Shown here: piece by piece, positions 30,720-41,134 of the stretch
How the letters are laid out: each line of letters begins with the position of its first letter
Position numbering within the stretch: the first letter of the stretch is position 1
Assembly (NCBI GenBank): GCA_963792965.1
Contig: CAWBYW010000004.1
Span: 32,001-96,000 of the forward strand
Length of the DNA stretch: 64,000 nt
Origin: an uncultured delta proteobacterium
GTDB lineage: Bacteria > Desulfobacterota > Zymogenia > Zymogenales > Zymogenaceae
Direction of reading: 5' to 3'
Translations under genes and position numbers: made by a program
Notes under the pieces: model-generated
The model's input: only the letters and a program-made list of their open reading frames with translations
The model's database searches: none
What the model was told of the DNA's origin: nothing

Positions 30720-32126
30720 ATGGGAAAAATGGGATACGCCGAGGTGATGGCCAAAAAGGCCGAGGTGATGAAGAAATCCGTCGGCATCGACTACGACCTC
30801 TTTCGGACCGGCCCCCTCTCGTTTGACTACGAGGCGATGATGACCAAGACCGGCTACACGATCCAGGAGGCGGCCAGGATTCAGGAGGAGACGGCGGTGG
30901 GACATACCCCGCTGGTCGAGCTCAAGAACCTCACGGAGCTTGCCCGCGCGGCCGCACCAGTGGGAAAGGGGGCCCGGATCTTCGTCAAGGACGAGGCGCA
31001 GAACCCCTCGGGCTCGTTCAAGGACCGGCGCGCCTCCATCTCGGTCTACGAGGCGGCCAAGAAAGGGTACCCGGGGGTTTCGGCCGCCACGTCGGGCAAT
31101 TACGGGGCCGCCGTCGCCTCACAGGCGGCAAAGCGGAGCCTTGGATGCATCATCGTCCAGGAAGCCTTCGACTCGCGGGGCGTGGCCCAGCCGGAGATCG
31201 CGGAGAAGACGCGAGCCTGCGAGGCCTACGGCGCCGAGGTGATCAGGCTGAGCGTGGGCCCGGAGCTTTTCTACGTCTTTCTCACGATCCTCATGGAGAC
31301 CGGCTTTTTCAACGCCTCCCTCTATACGCCCTTCTCCGTCCTCGGCATCGAGACGCTCGGCCTCGAGATCGCGCGCGAGGTCAAGGAGCGGGAGGGGAGA
31401 CACCCCGACGTGGTGATCGCGACGCACGCGGGCGGCGGAAACGTCACCGGCACGGGGCGCGGGCTCCTCAAGGCCGGCGCCGACACGACGCAGCTAATCG
31501 CCGCCAGCGTCGACCTGTCGGGGCTGCACATGGCATCCGACACGGACTTCAACAGAAAATCGTTTACGACGGGCCACACCGGGTTCGGCATCCCGTTTGC
31601 CACGTGGCCCGACCGCGCGGACGTCCCCCGAAACGCCGCGCGGCCGCTCAGGTATATGGATAGATTCGTGACCGTCACCCAGGGGGAGGTCTTCTACATC
31701 ACCCAGTGCCTGGCGGAGCTGGAGGGGATGGAGCGCGGGCCGGCGGGCAACACCTCGCTGACGGCGGCGTTTGCCATAGCGAGGGAGCTGCCGAAGGATA
31801 AGATCATCGTGGTGCAGGAGACCGAGTATACCGGCGCGGGAAAGCACCCGCTTGCCCAGCTCAACCTCGCCAAGGCGATGGGGGTAAAGGTGCGGCGGGG
31901 AGACCCGCGAGAAAATATTCCCGGAAAGTCGATTGTTATCCCCGGGGAGCCCTCACAGATCTCCGTTGTCGACGTTGAGCTGGACCGGTTGCGCAGGTCG
32001 TATCTGAAAAACGCCAAAGAGGGGCTTGCCGGCGGGGAAAAGGCCAGTGACGTGGATATCGCATTTCTTGCCGCGGACACGAGGACGACCCCGGATTACG
32101 TGCGGGAGGTCCTCGGGACCCGATAG
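30720..32126 (+). CDS. ortB: 2-amino-4-ketopentanoate thiolase beta subunit (PLP)
   Basis: KDEAQNPSGSFKDRRA, ATSGNYG, ERGPAGN, QETEYTGAGKH. Confidence 0.94.
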   Translation: MGKMGYAEVMAKKAEVMKKSVGIDYDLFRTGPLSFDYEAMMTKTGYTIQEAARIQEETAVGHTPLVELKNLTELARAAAPVGKGARIFVKDEAQNPSGSFKDRRASISVYEAAKKGYPGVSAATSGNYGAAVASQAAKRSLGCIIVQEAFDSRGVAQPEIAEKTRACEAYGAEVIRLSVGPELFYVFLTILMETGFFNASLYTPFSVLGIETLGLEIAREVKEREGRHPDVVIATHAGGGNVTGTGRGLLKAGADTTQLIAASVDLSGLHMASDTDFNRKSFTTGHTGFGIPFATWPDRADVPRNAARPLRYMDRFVTVTQGEVFYITQCLAELEGMERGPAGNTSLTAAFAIARELPKDKIIVVQETEYTGAGKHPLAQLNLAKAMGVKVRRGDPRENIPGKSIVIPGEPSQISVVDVELDRLRRSYLKNAKEGLAGGEKASDVDIAFLAADTRTTPDYVREVLGTR

Positions 32127-32228
32127 GTGGACGGCGCGGACTGACGCGGAGAACCTGTCAGTGGGCCGCGGGACACGAAGGGACTGATAACGTCCTTTTC
32201 TGACTAATAAATTAGCAGGATTTGCGCC

Positions 32229-32570
32229 ATGGAGAGACCCGATACGTATCAGGAAAGGCGGCGGCACCTGAAGAAGCTCTCCGACGACGAGCTGAAGAGC
32301 TATTTCTGGGAGCTGGTCAACAAGATCATCGAGCCCATCAAGAACGAGGCCGAGACCCATACCTCGCCCTCCATCGAGCGCTCGGTGCTGTTGCGGATGG
32401 GCTTTTCGAGCATCGAGTCCAAGGCGCTCGTCGCGATGATGACCGAGCGCGGGTTATTGGGTCACGGGGCGGGAAACCTCATCCTGAGGGTCGCGCGTAA
32501 ACATAACCTCGACGTCAGGAGCGCGGGGCTTGCCCTGATCAACTCAACCCATTGGGACGACGTGAAATGA
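32229..32570 (+). CDS. oraS: D-ornithine 4,5-aminomutase alpha subunit
   Basis: HTSPSIERSVLLRMGFSSIE, GLLGHGAG. Confidence 0.94.
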   Translation: MERPDTYQERRRHLKKLSDDELKSYFWELVNKIIEPIKNEAETHTSPSIERSVLLRMGFSSIESKALVAMMTERGLLGHGAGNLILRVARKHNLDVRSAGLALINSTHWDDVK

Positions 32571-34756
32571 AGCCGCTTGACCCGAACAAGAAGCTCGATC
32601 TGGACGAAATCCTCAAGGACCTCGAACACTACCGGCCGAGGCGCACGGGATGGACGTGGAGGGAACCGGTCAAAGATCAGAAGATCGGCCCCTTCACCTA
32701 TAAAGACACCACGAGGCCGCTTGCGCACTCCGTCCCGCTTCCCTCCGCGCACTATTTCGGCAACATCGACCCCCAGTGTGATTTTGTCATCACCACCGAG
32801 ATCGCCTCGGGCCGCTTCGAGGACGATATCCGGCGGATGCGGATGGCCGCCTGGCACGGCGCCGATCATATCATGGTGATCCGCACCACCGGCCAGTCGC
32901 ACTTCGACGGGCTCATCGAGGGAACTCCGGAGGGGGTGGGCGGCGTGCCCATCACCCGAAAGCAGGTTCGGGCAAGCAGGAAGGCGCTGGACGCCGTCGA
33001 GGACGAGGTGGGACGGCCCATCAACTTTCACTCGTACGTGAGCGGCGTGGCGGGTCCCGAGATCGCGGTCCTCTTCGCCGAGGAGGGGGTCAATGGGGCG
33101 CACCAAGACCCGCAGTATAACGTGCTCTACCGCAACATCAACATGCACCGCTCGTTTGTGGACGCCGCCTGCGCGAAGAAGATCATGGCCGACGCCCGCA
33201 TCCTGCAGATCGACGGCGCCCACAACGCCAACGCCACTGCGCGTGAGGCGTGGAAGGTCATGCCGGAGCTGTTGGTCCAGCACGGGATAAACTGCGCCTT
33301 TTCAGAAGCGGTCGGGATGAAAAGGGAGCTGATCGCGCTTTCCACGGTGCCCCCCACCGCGCCGCCTGCGCCCAAGCTTGCCATCGACCTCCCATATGCC
33401 GTGGCGCTCAGGGATTTCTTCGAGGGCTTCAAGATGCGCGCCCAGCAGAACACGCGATATATGGAGGCCGACATGGCCGAGGCGACCATCACCCACGTGC
33501 TGGATACCCTCATCTCCCGCCTCACCTCGGCCGACATCCAGAGCACCATCACGCCCGACGAGGGACGCAACGTCCCCTGGCACTACAATAACATCCTCGG
33601 CGTTAACACCGCCCGCCAGACACTCATGGGGGTCGACGGACTTTCGGACCTGGTCGAGCTCAAGAAGGACGGCGTCCTTTCGGAGAAGGTCCGAGAGATC
33701 AAGGAGCGCGCGATACTGTTTCTCGAGGAGATCATCGAGATGGGCGGCTATTTTGCCGCGGTCCAGCAGGGCTCCTTCGTGGACTCCGGGCAGTTCCCCG
33801 AGCGGCGGGGCGACGGCATCTCCCGCGACCCCGCAGGTGGTGTGGCGGCGGGCACGATCGTCCGGCGCGAGGCCGACTATATGGCCCCGGTCTGCAGCCA
33901 CTTCGGGTACAATAAGCTTCCCCCCGGTAACACAAAGCCGTGCGACCCGATCGACGGCTGTACCCTCTGCCGGCCGGAGAAGATCGTCTACATCGACGAG
34001 CTGGACCGGGAGGATAACGTCGCGCGCCGCCTGACGGCGCCGAGGAGAGAAGCGGAGGAGGGCCTCATCCGTCCGGAGGTGGAGTGGGCCGGCGACGGCA
34101 TCGTCGTCGTGACGATATTTGTCCCGGAATCGCTCGAGGTGGCGGAGGCGGCGGCACTGGCAATGGCGGGAAAGATGGGAATCAGTGGGCCCGAGGTCAT
34201 CTCGCGGCGAATGATCCACCCGGCGGAGGGGAGCCTCTTTGAGGTCAAGGGAAGGCTGCAATACGCCGTAAGACGGGACGAGCTGGTCATCCCCAAGCGG
34301 GAGGAGCTTTTGTCCGAGGAGGAGATCACGGCGTTTGTCCGCGCGGGAAAGGTCTCGCTGGTGGCGGCCACGGTCGGCGAGGACGAGCACTCGGTGGGGA
34401 TGCGCGAGATCATCGACATCAAGCACGGCGGTGTCGAGAAATACGGTTTTATCTGCCACTACCTCGGCACCTCCGTCCCGATCGGCAAGGTGCTGGACGC
34501 GGCCCAGGAGACGGGATCGGCGATCGTCTTGATCTCCACGATCATCTCGCACAACGACATCCACCGCGCCAACATGAAGCGGCTCAGCGACCTGGCCGTG
34601 GAGCGGGGGATCAGGGACAAGCTGATCCTGATCGCCGGAGGCACCCAGGTCACCAACGACACGGCCCTTTCGTGTGGGCTTGACGCCGGATTCGGCAGGG
34701 GGACGAAGGGGCATCACGTCGCGAGCTTTATCGTGAAGAAGCTGCGAAAGAAATAG
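32567..34756 (+). CDS. oraE: D-ornithine 4,5-aminomutase beta subunit (AdoCbl + PLP)
   Basis: TTEIASGRFEDDIRRMRMAAWHGADH; B12 motif EDEHSVG; PLP lysine in IDIKHGG. Confidence 0.96.
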   Translation: MKPLDPNKKLDLDEILKDLEHYRPRRTGWTWREPVKDQKIGPFTYKDTTRPLAHSVPLPSAHYFGNIDPQCDFVITTEIASGRFEDDIRRMRMAAWHGADHIMVIRTTGQSHFDGLIEGTPEGVGGVPITRKQVRASRKALDAVEDEVGRPINFHSYVSGVAGPEIAVLFAEEGVNGAHQDPQYNVLYRNINMHRSFVDAACAKKIMADARILQIDGAHNANATAREAWKVMPELLVQHGINCAFSEAVGMKRELIALSTVPPTAPPAPKLAIDLPYAVALRDFFEGFKMRAQQNTRYMEADMAEATITHVLDTLISRLTSADIQSTITPDEGRNVPWHYNNILGVNTARQTLMGVDGLSDLVELKKDGVLSEKVREIKERAILFLEEIIEMGGYFAAVQQGSFVDSGQFPERRGDGISRDPAGGVAAGTIVRREADYMAPVCSHFGYNKLPPGNTKPCDPIDGCTLCRPEKIVYIDELDREDNVARRLTAPRREAEEGLIRPEVEWAGDGIVVVTIFVPESLEVAEAAALAMAGKMGISGPEVISRRMIHPAEGSLFEVKGRLQYAVRRDELVIPKREELLSEEEITAFVRAGKVSLVAATVGEDEHSVGMREIIDIKHGGVEKYGFICHYLGTSVPIGKVLDAAQETGSAIVLISTIISHNDIHRANMKRLSDLAVERGIRDKLILIAGGTQVTNDTALSCGLDAGFGRGTKGHHVASFIVKKLRKK

Positions 34757-34815
34757 GCGGGGAGGACTCCCTTCACCTTTTCAGGGGGGCAATGGACGGC
34801 ACGTTGAGGGATACC

Positions 34816-35535
34816 ATGTCTGATCTCATCGCCGTTACGCTGGATACCGATTGGGCCCATGACGAAGTCATCGCGTATACGATGGATATACTCAACGAGC
34901 ACGGTGTCCGCGCGACCTATTTTGCCACGAACGAATCACCGGTGCTGAAAAAGGTCGACGGGAGCCGGTTCGAGATCGGGATACACCCTGATTTCAATGG
35001 CACACTGGACCACGAGTCGAAAATAAAGGAGCTGCTCTCAATCTACCCCGACGCCAAGGGGGTGAGATCCCATACGCTTTTCCATTCGTGGAGCATCATG
35101 GATCTCTTCAAGAAGTATGGCTTTGTGTACGACTCAAATATCATCATGCCCTATTTTCCCGGGTTGAGGCCCATCGTCTGGTTCAATAACGTCGTGAGGA
35201 TTCCGTACTTCTGGGAGGACGAGGTCCATCTACTCTTCGGGAAGCAGTGCGAGCCGCGCACGCTGATGATGGGTGAGGCCGGCCTCAAGATATACAATTT
35301 TCATCCGATACATATATTCCTCAACACCGAAGACCTCGGGAGAATTGAAGCGGCACGGGGTTCATTTCAACGCCCGGACAAGCTTGAAAAACATAGAAAC
35401 ACGCGGACGAGGGGCTGTAAAGATATTTTCCTCGACGTTTTGGGCCGCGTGAGGGCCGATCAGGGCAAGACATATCGGATGATCGATATCGCCTCCGATT
35501 TTCGCGCTTCGGCGGCCGAATCCCCCTCGGATTGA
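34816..35535 (+). CDS. Polysaccharide-deacetylase-fold protein (WbmS-like)
   Basis: TLDTDWA, ATYFAT, EIGIHPDF, GVRSH, PYFWED, NFHPIHIFLN. Confidence 0.75.
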   Translation: MSDLIAVTLDTDWAHDEVIAYTMDILNEHGVRATYFATNESPVLKKVDGSRFEIGIHPDFNGTLDHESKIKELLSIYPDAKGVRSHTLFHSWSIMDLFKKYGFVYDSNIIMPYFPGLRPIVWFNNVVRIPYFWEDEVHLLFGKQCEPRTLMMGEAGLKIYNFHPIHIFLNTEDLGRIEAARGSFQRPDKLEKHRNTRTRGCKDIFLDVLGRVRADQGKTYRMIDIASDFRASAAESPSD

Positions 35536-35589
35536 CAGCCGCGGCAATGCTGACAGAGACGATGCCGCACTAAGGAAAGAGCTCGTCAG

Positions 35590-36946
35590 GTGAAAAGCCC
35601 CGATATCCTTGTCGCCGAGATCGGCAGCACCATAACGAAGCTCTCGGCCTTCGGGGGCATCGACGGCATAAAACCGTCGTTCCTCGGCCAGGGGGTCGCG
35701 CTGACGACCGTCGCCGAGGGGGACGTTACCGTCGGGCTCGTGCGCGCCGGCGATGATTTGAGATCGCGGTGTGGGGTCGACACGGGGAGAGTGGACGCCG
35801 AAGGGGCGGGACGAGAGGTCCTGCTATTGGCCGTCTCCTCGGCGGCGGGGGGACTGCGCATGACCGTGCACGGCCTTACCCGGGATATGACCCTGAGAGC
35901 GGCGCGGGAGGCGTCCCTCGGTGCGGGGGCGGTCGTCGTTTTTTCGACGGCGGGAGAAATTACCGCGGGCGACATCAATGAGGTCAGGCGTCTCTCCCCG
36001 AACCTGATGCTCCTTTCGGGGGGCGTAGACTATGGTGAGCGAGAGATCGTCGTGAAGAACGCCCGGGCGCTGGCCGGCGTCGGCGCTGGCGTCCCGGTCA
36101 TATACGCGGGCAATGTCGGCGCCAGGGGTGAGAGTCTCGGCGATACTGAGGGATGCGGGGGTCGAGCTCTTCGTCACCGAGAACGTCTATCCCGATATCG
36201 ACGAGCTCAACGTCGTGCCGGTACGCCGGATTATCCAGGAGGTCTTCGCCAAGCACATCATCACCGCGCCGGGTATGGACAAGGTAAAGGAAATGGCCGG
36301 CGGCTCCGTGATGCCGACGCCGGGGGCGGTATTGAAGGCCGCGGAGCTCCTCTTTGATGAGATCGGGGACGTTGCTGTGGTGGACGTGGGGGGGGCGACT
36401 ACCGACGTCCACTCGGTTACGGAGGGATCGGAGCAGCTCAGGGCAATGGCCGTCTCTCCCGAGCCCCTCTCCAAGAGGACGGTCGAGGGCGACCTGGGCG
36501 TATTCATCAACGCGCGGCAGATCGTCGAGGAATCGGGGGGAGGCATCGGAGCACTCGACGGCGTCGTGGCGCTGCCCAGAACCGACGCCGAAAGGGAAAA
36601 AACCGCGATCCTCACCAGGTGGGCGGTCGATCTCTCGCTCTGGCGGCACGCCGGCTCCATCAAGGTCTCTTACGGCACCTACGGGAGGAGCGAGATCGTG
36701 GAGGGGAGGGACCTGACGATGGTGAAGTATCTCATTGGAACGGGCGGGGCCCTCACGAGGATTGCCGGCGGAGCCGCGATCCTTCAGGGGATCCGCCGCG
36801 ATCCCCACAAGAGAAAGCTCCTTCCGCCGGCCGAGGCGCGCGTGCTCATCGACTCGGACTACATCATGGCCGCGGCGGGAATCCTCGGGGAGCACCGGAG
36901 ACAGGCCGCAACGGCCCTGCTGCTCAATAGCTTAGGGTTAGGATAA
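35590..36946 (+). CDS. GlmL/MutL-like reactivating factor for the B12 aminomutase, frameshifted near 36125
   Basis: VAEIGSTIT, SSAAGGLRM, LSGGVDYG, PTPGAV, DVGGATTDVHSV, KRTVEGDLG. Confidence 0.9.
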
Positions 36947-36949
36947 ACG

Positions 36950-38965
36950 ATGTCGGGACCGTACGTTACTATAGATCTGGCGAAAATCGAAGAGAACGCC
37001 CGTGTCATCACGGGGCTGTGTATGCGGCACGGCATCGAGGTCACGGGGGTCACGAAGGTGACGTGCGGGATACCCCACGTCGCCCGGGCGATGCTGGCGG
37101 GCGGGGTCACGGGGATCGGGGAGTCCCGCATGGAAAACATCCGCCGCCTCAAGGTCAACGGGATCAACGCCCCGATCATGCTGCTCAGGATACCGCCGCT
37201 TTCGGCCGTGGATGAGATCGTGACCGCGGTGGATGTCAGCCTCAACTCCGAGCTTTCGGTCATCAGGGCGCTTTCCGAGGCGGCGGCGCGGCGGGGGCTC
37301 GTGCACGATATCATCCTCATGGTGGACCTCGGCGACTTGAGAGAGGGGATCTGGCCCGACGACCTGATCGGGCTCGTCGAAAAGGCCGTGAAGCTTTCCG
37401 GGGTACGGATCGTGGGGCTGGGGGCCAACCTCTCCTGTTACGGTGGGATTATCCCGAGTTGCGGCAACATGGAGGCGCTGGTGCACTACGCTGAGGAGTT
37501 AGAGCGCCGCTTCGGGCTCTCGTTGAAGTACATCTCCGCCGGCAATTCGAGCTCGCTACTGCTCGTCGAGGCCGGCGGGATGCCCGAACGGGTGAACCAC
37601 CTTCGGATCGGCGAGGGAATCCTCCTCGGGAGAGAGACGGTCGAGCGGCGCCCGTGGCCCGGTACGTCCCAGGACGCCTTTGTGCTGCGCGCGGAGGTCA
37701 TCGAGCTCAAGGAAAAGCCGTCGGTTCCCATCGGGGAGCGGGGGCAGGACGCCTTCGGGGGCGTGCCGGATTTCGGCGAGGGGCACGGGGCGGAGCGGCT
37801 GGAGGGCGCACGGCGAGAGATGGTACGGGCGATCCTCAACGTCGGGCGTGAGGACGTCATCGTGGAGGGAATGACCCCCCTGGACACGCGCCTTACTATT
37901 CTCGGCGCATCGAGCGACCACCTCATCGTCGATGTAACGAAGGCGGTGGGCGATGTGACCCTCGGCGGTGAGCTCGGCTTTCTCATGAACTACGGCGCGC
38001 TCCTTGCCGCCATGACCTCGTCGTATGTGGAAAAGAGGCCCATTCTCAAGGATGAGGACAAGATGAATAGCCGCCCTATCGCGATCATCGGCGTGCCGAG
38101 CTGGATCGGCGCGCTCGAGCCGGGTACGGATGCCGCGCCCCGTGCGCTCCGGGACGCGGGGTTGGTCACCAAACTTGCCGCCCTCGGGCTCTCAGTCGAG
38201 GACAGGATGAATGTATCGGTAAGCGACACGATCCGCGGGGACGACTTCGGGGAAAATGCCGCCGAGGTCGCCCGTATCGCCCTTGGGACGGCGGACGTCG
38301 TCCAACAGGCGATAAAAGACGACTGCATCCCGCTTGTCCTCGGAGGAGATCACAGCACAAGCCTCGGTGTCCTGGTGGGGCTTTTCCGGAGCCTGTCTCC
38401 GTTCGGCCTGATCTGGTTTGACGCCCACGGCGATTTTGTCGTTCCCGATGAGAAGGATGAGAAGAGGATCAGCCGCATGGTGTTGGCCTTGTCCCTCGGC
38501 CACGGCGACGCGAGGCTCAACAGGCTGGGCGGGAGTTCGCCCTTGGTCTCTCCGGAAAACGTCGTCATCGTGGGACTGAGGGACGTGGGGCAAGATGAGG
38601 CAAAGCGCCTGTCCGAATCCGGCGTTACGATCTTCACGATGGAGGACATTGACGCCCTCGGCATGAAGGAAGTTGTCTATCGTGGGCTACGCGCGGCGGG
38701 GACGGGAACAAAGGGGATACACGTGAGCCTCGATATCGACGTCGTGGATACCCAGGCGGCGCCGGGTGTACGGTTGCCGGTAGCGGGGGGGATCACCTAC
38801 CGGGAGACGCATCTGGCCATGGAGCTCCTCTCGCAGTCCGGTTTGATCCGTTCGATGGATCTGGTCGGGGTGGATATGGAGGCCGATCCGGAGGGGAGGA
38901 CCGCCCAAGTCGCCCTTGAGTTTATCCTCTCGGCGTTCGGGAAGAAGATCCTTGGAAGGCTATGA
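36950..38965 (+). CDS. orr: Ornithine racemase (Orr) fused to a C-terminal arginase/ureohydrolase-fold domain
   Basis: aa 1-365: GVTKV (PLP Lys), DLGDLREG, NLSCYGG, NHLRIGE, GASSDH. From aa 372: IIGVP, GGDHS, DAHGD, SLDID, GGITYRE. Confidence 0.88.
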   Translation: MSGPYVTIDLAKIEENARVITGLCMRHGIEVTGVTKVTCGIPHVARAMLAGGVTGIGESRMENIRRLKVNGINAPIMLLRIPPLSAVDEIVTAVDVSLNSELSVIRALSEAAARRGLVHDIILMVDLGDLREGIWPDDLIGLVEKAVKLSGVRIVGLGANLSCYGGIIPSCGNMEALVHYAEELERRFGLSLKYISAGNSSSLLLVEAGGMPERVNHLRIGEGILLGRETVERRPWPGTSQDAFVLRAEVIELKEKPSVPIGERGQDAFGGVPDFGEGHGAERLEGARREMVRAILNVGREDVIVEGMTPLDTRLTILGASSDHLIVDVTKAVGDVTLGGELGFLMNYGALLAAMTSSYVEKRPILKDEDKMNSRPIAIIGVPSWIGALEPGTDAAPRALRDAGLVTKLAALGLSVEDRMNVSVSDTIRGDDFGENAAEVARIALGTADVVQQAIKDDCIPLVLGGDHSTSLGVLVGLFRSLSPFGLIWFDAHGDFVVPDEKDEKRISRMVLALSLGHGDARLNRLGGSSPLVSPENVVIVGLRDVGQDEAKRLSESGVTIFTMEDIDALGMKEVVYRGLRAAGTGTKGIHVSLDIDVVDTQAAPGVRLPVAGGITYRETHLAMELLSQSGLIRSMDLVGVDMEADPEGRTAQVALEFILSAFGKKILGRL

Positions 38966-39807
38966 GACAACCGATTGACGAGACCATCGTATCTCTCGAG
39001 GATCTGGGGTTGACTCAGTACGAGGCGAAGGTGTATCTTGCGTTGTTGGCCGACCACCCCGCCACCGCCTACACGATTTCGCGCCGCTCGGGGGTACCGC
39101 ACTCGCGGGTTTATGAGGTCGCCCGGAGGCTGATGGCCAAGGGGTTTGTGGTTCGCTCGGAGACGAACCCGGATCGCTTCTCGCCGCTCTCCCCGCGCGA
39201 GCTGGTCGAGCGGCTGGCCGGGGAGCACGAGCGGGTGATAGCGGAACTGAAACAGCGGCTGGAAACGATCCCCTTCCGTTCGGATTTCGACCCGGTATGG
39301 AACATAAACGAACGGACCGACGCCATAAAGAAGGCCGTAGAAATCATCGGGGGCGCGCGGCACAAGATCTATATCGGCGTATGGGACGAGGAGCTGGGCG
39401 AGCTTATCGAAGACCTGAGGACAGCGCACGGACGCGGGGTACAGATCGTCTTCCTCATATACGGACGGACGACGGTGGATTTCGGCCGGGCTTTCTACCA
39501 CAACACCGGCCATATCGAGGACGTGGTGTACCTCGGCAGGAGCATCGATATCGTCGCGGATTCCGAGGCGGCGGTCAGCGGGAGGCTCGGGGCGGAGGTG
39601 AAAAACGGCGCGGGCAAGAACGGCGACCGGACCGAATACCTCCCCTGTCAAGTCATCTGGACGAAGAACCGCGGGCTCATCAACGTCATAGAGGGCTACA
39701 TTATTCACGATTTTTATCTCGCCGAGATATTCGGCGTCTTTCAAAAGGAGATCGAAGAGGTATTCGGGGCCAACATGACGGCGTTGCGGAAAAAATATCG
39801 GGGATAA
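38962..39807 (+). CDS. TrmB-family transcriptional regulator
   Basis: LGLTQYEAKVYLALL...SRRSGVPHSRVYEV winged HTH plus an effector-binding domain. Confidence 0.9.
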   Translation: MRQPIDETIVSLEDLGLTQYEAKVYLALLADHPATAYTISRRSGVPHSRVYEVARRLMAKGFVVRSETNPDRFSPLSPRELVERLAGEHERVIAELKQRLETIPFRSDFDPVWNINERTDAIKKAVEIIGGARHKIYIGVWDEELGELIEDLRTAHGRGVQIVFLIYGRTTVDFGRAFYHNTGHIEDVVYLGRSIDIVADSEAAVSGRLGAEVKNGAGKNGDRTEYLPCQVIWTKNRGLINVIEGYIIHDFYLAEIFGVFQKEIEEVFGANMTALRKKYRG

Positions 39808-39824
39808 TAAAAGAGGAGTCGAGA

Positions 39825-40988
39825 ATGGAAAAAACGAAAGATCACCTGACCTTTATGGAGGCAGCGTCCACCGTTGCGGGATACGGGATCGGCGCGGGGA
39901 TCATGGCCGTGCCGTACCTTGCCGTTCGGTCGGGCGTGTTGCCGCTGGTCGGCATTATGGTGGTGGCCTATCTGATCAGCATCCTGTTTCACCTGATGAT
40001 CGTCGACATGGTGATGCGCGACGGGGGCAAGACGCAGCTCATGGAGGTGTTGGCAAAATACCTCTTTACGGGATGGGGCGGAAAACTATTCACCTGGTTA
40101 TTCTTTATCCTGATCGTCTTTGCCTTTTTCGGAACCCTCATTACCTACATCGTGGGAGGAGGGGAGGCGCTCAACGGCACGTTTGACGTGCCGCTCGTGC
40201 TGGGCTTCTTTATTACCTATCTTTTGGCCGCGGTGGTCGTCTTCTTCGGCCTGAAAGCGGTCGGCGTCGTGGAAAAATTTTCAGTCATCGGTATCGCCGT
40301 CGTCGTTTCCGCCCTTCTGATCCTTTCCCTGTTCAGACCCTTCCACCTGACGATGCTCGTCAAAGGTGCGGGGGTCAAGGAGGCGCTGGCGCTGTACGGG
40401 ATGATCATGTTTTCCTTTTATTCGATGTTTTCCGTGCCACAGGCCGTCAAGGGACTCGCGTGGAAGCCGAGGCTTGCCCCCTGGGCCGTGGTGACCGGTA
40501 TCGGGATCACCTTCTTCACGGTGCTCCTCATCACGCTCGCCGCGATGGGGGTCTCCAAGGAAGTAACGAAGATCGCCATCCAGGGCTGGTCGGACGCCAT
40601 CGGACCATTGGCGGCATACTTCGGGACGATATTCGTGCTGTTGGCGTTCCTCACGAGCTTCTGGTCCATCTCCCTGGCGCTGGCCGACGTCCTCCACGAG
40701 CGTTTGCGGTGGAACGATAAGCTCTGCTGGCTCTTGGCGACGCTCCCGTGCCTGCTGGTATCTTTTTTCAAGCTGCAGAATTTTCTCGAATATCTCAGGC
40801 TCACCGGAGGGGTGATCGGGATACTCCTGGTCGTCATAATGGTCCCGGCGTATATCTCCGTCAAGAAGAAGGGTGAGGTCAAGAAGCCGGCCTGGAGCCT
40901 CGGCTATTTTGGCGGCGGTGTTTTCTTGTGGATCGTCGTCATCGGCTTTCTGCTCATGGCGGTGGGCTCCGCGGTCCCGATCAAATAA
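39825..40988 (+). CDS. Amino-acid permease (Trp/Tyr permease-like, APC superfamily)
   Basis: AGYGIGAGIMAVPY TM1 motif, AFLTSFWS, about 11 TM segments; RBS GAGGAG. Confidence 0.82.
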   Translation: MEKTKDHLTFMEAASTVAGYGIGAGIMAVPYLAVRSGVLPLVGIMVVAYLISILFHLMIVDMVMRDGGKTQLMEVLAKYLFTGWGGKLFTWLFFILIVFAFFGTLITYIVGGGEALNGTFDVPLVLGFFITYLLAAVVVFFGLKAVGVVEKFSVIGIAVVVSALLILSLFRPFHLTMLVKGAGVKEALALYGMIMFSFYSMFSVPQAVKGLAWKPRLAPWAVVTGIGITFFTVLLITLAAMGVSKEVTKIAIQGWSDAIGPLAAYFGTIFVLLAFLTSFWSISLALADVLHERLRWNDKLCWLLATLPCLLVSFFKLQNFLEYLRLTGGVIGILLVVIMVPAYISVKKKGEVKKPAWSLGYFGGGVFLWIVVIGFLLMAVGSAVPIK

Positions 40989-41134
40989 GCCCGTCTCCCG
41001 ATGGGAGGCGCGCGCGGTGATAAAAGTCTTGTGGCCGCGCGGCCAAGCGCGGTAGTTTATGAGCATGGTGCAGGGATGAATTTCGCGTGCACAGGCGGTC
41101 CTATTTTCAGAACGAACGACGTGAAAGGAGCGGT

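Noticed and set aside
33302-34717. Long antisense or alternate-frame ORFs (for example 33302-34717, 21510-22613, 24722-25855, 44431-45402)
   Set aside because: These are shadow ORFs of high-GC genes with no recognisable motifs.
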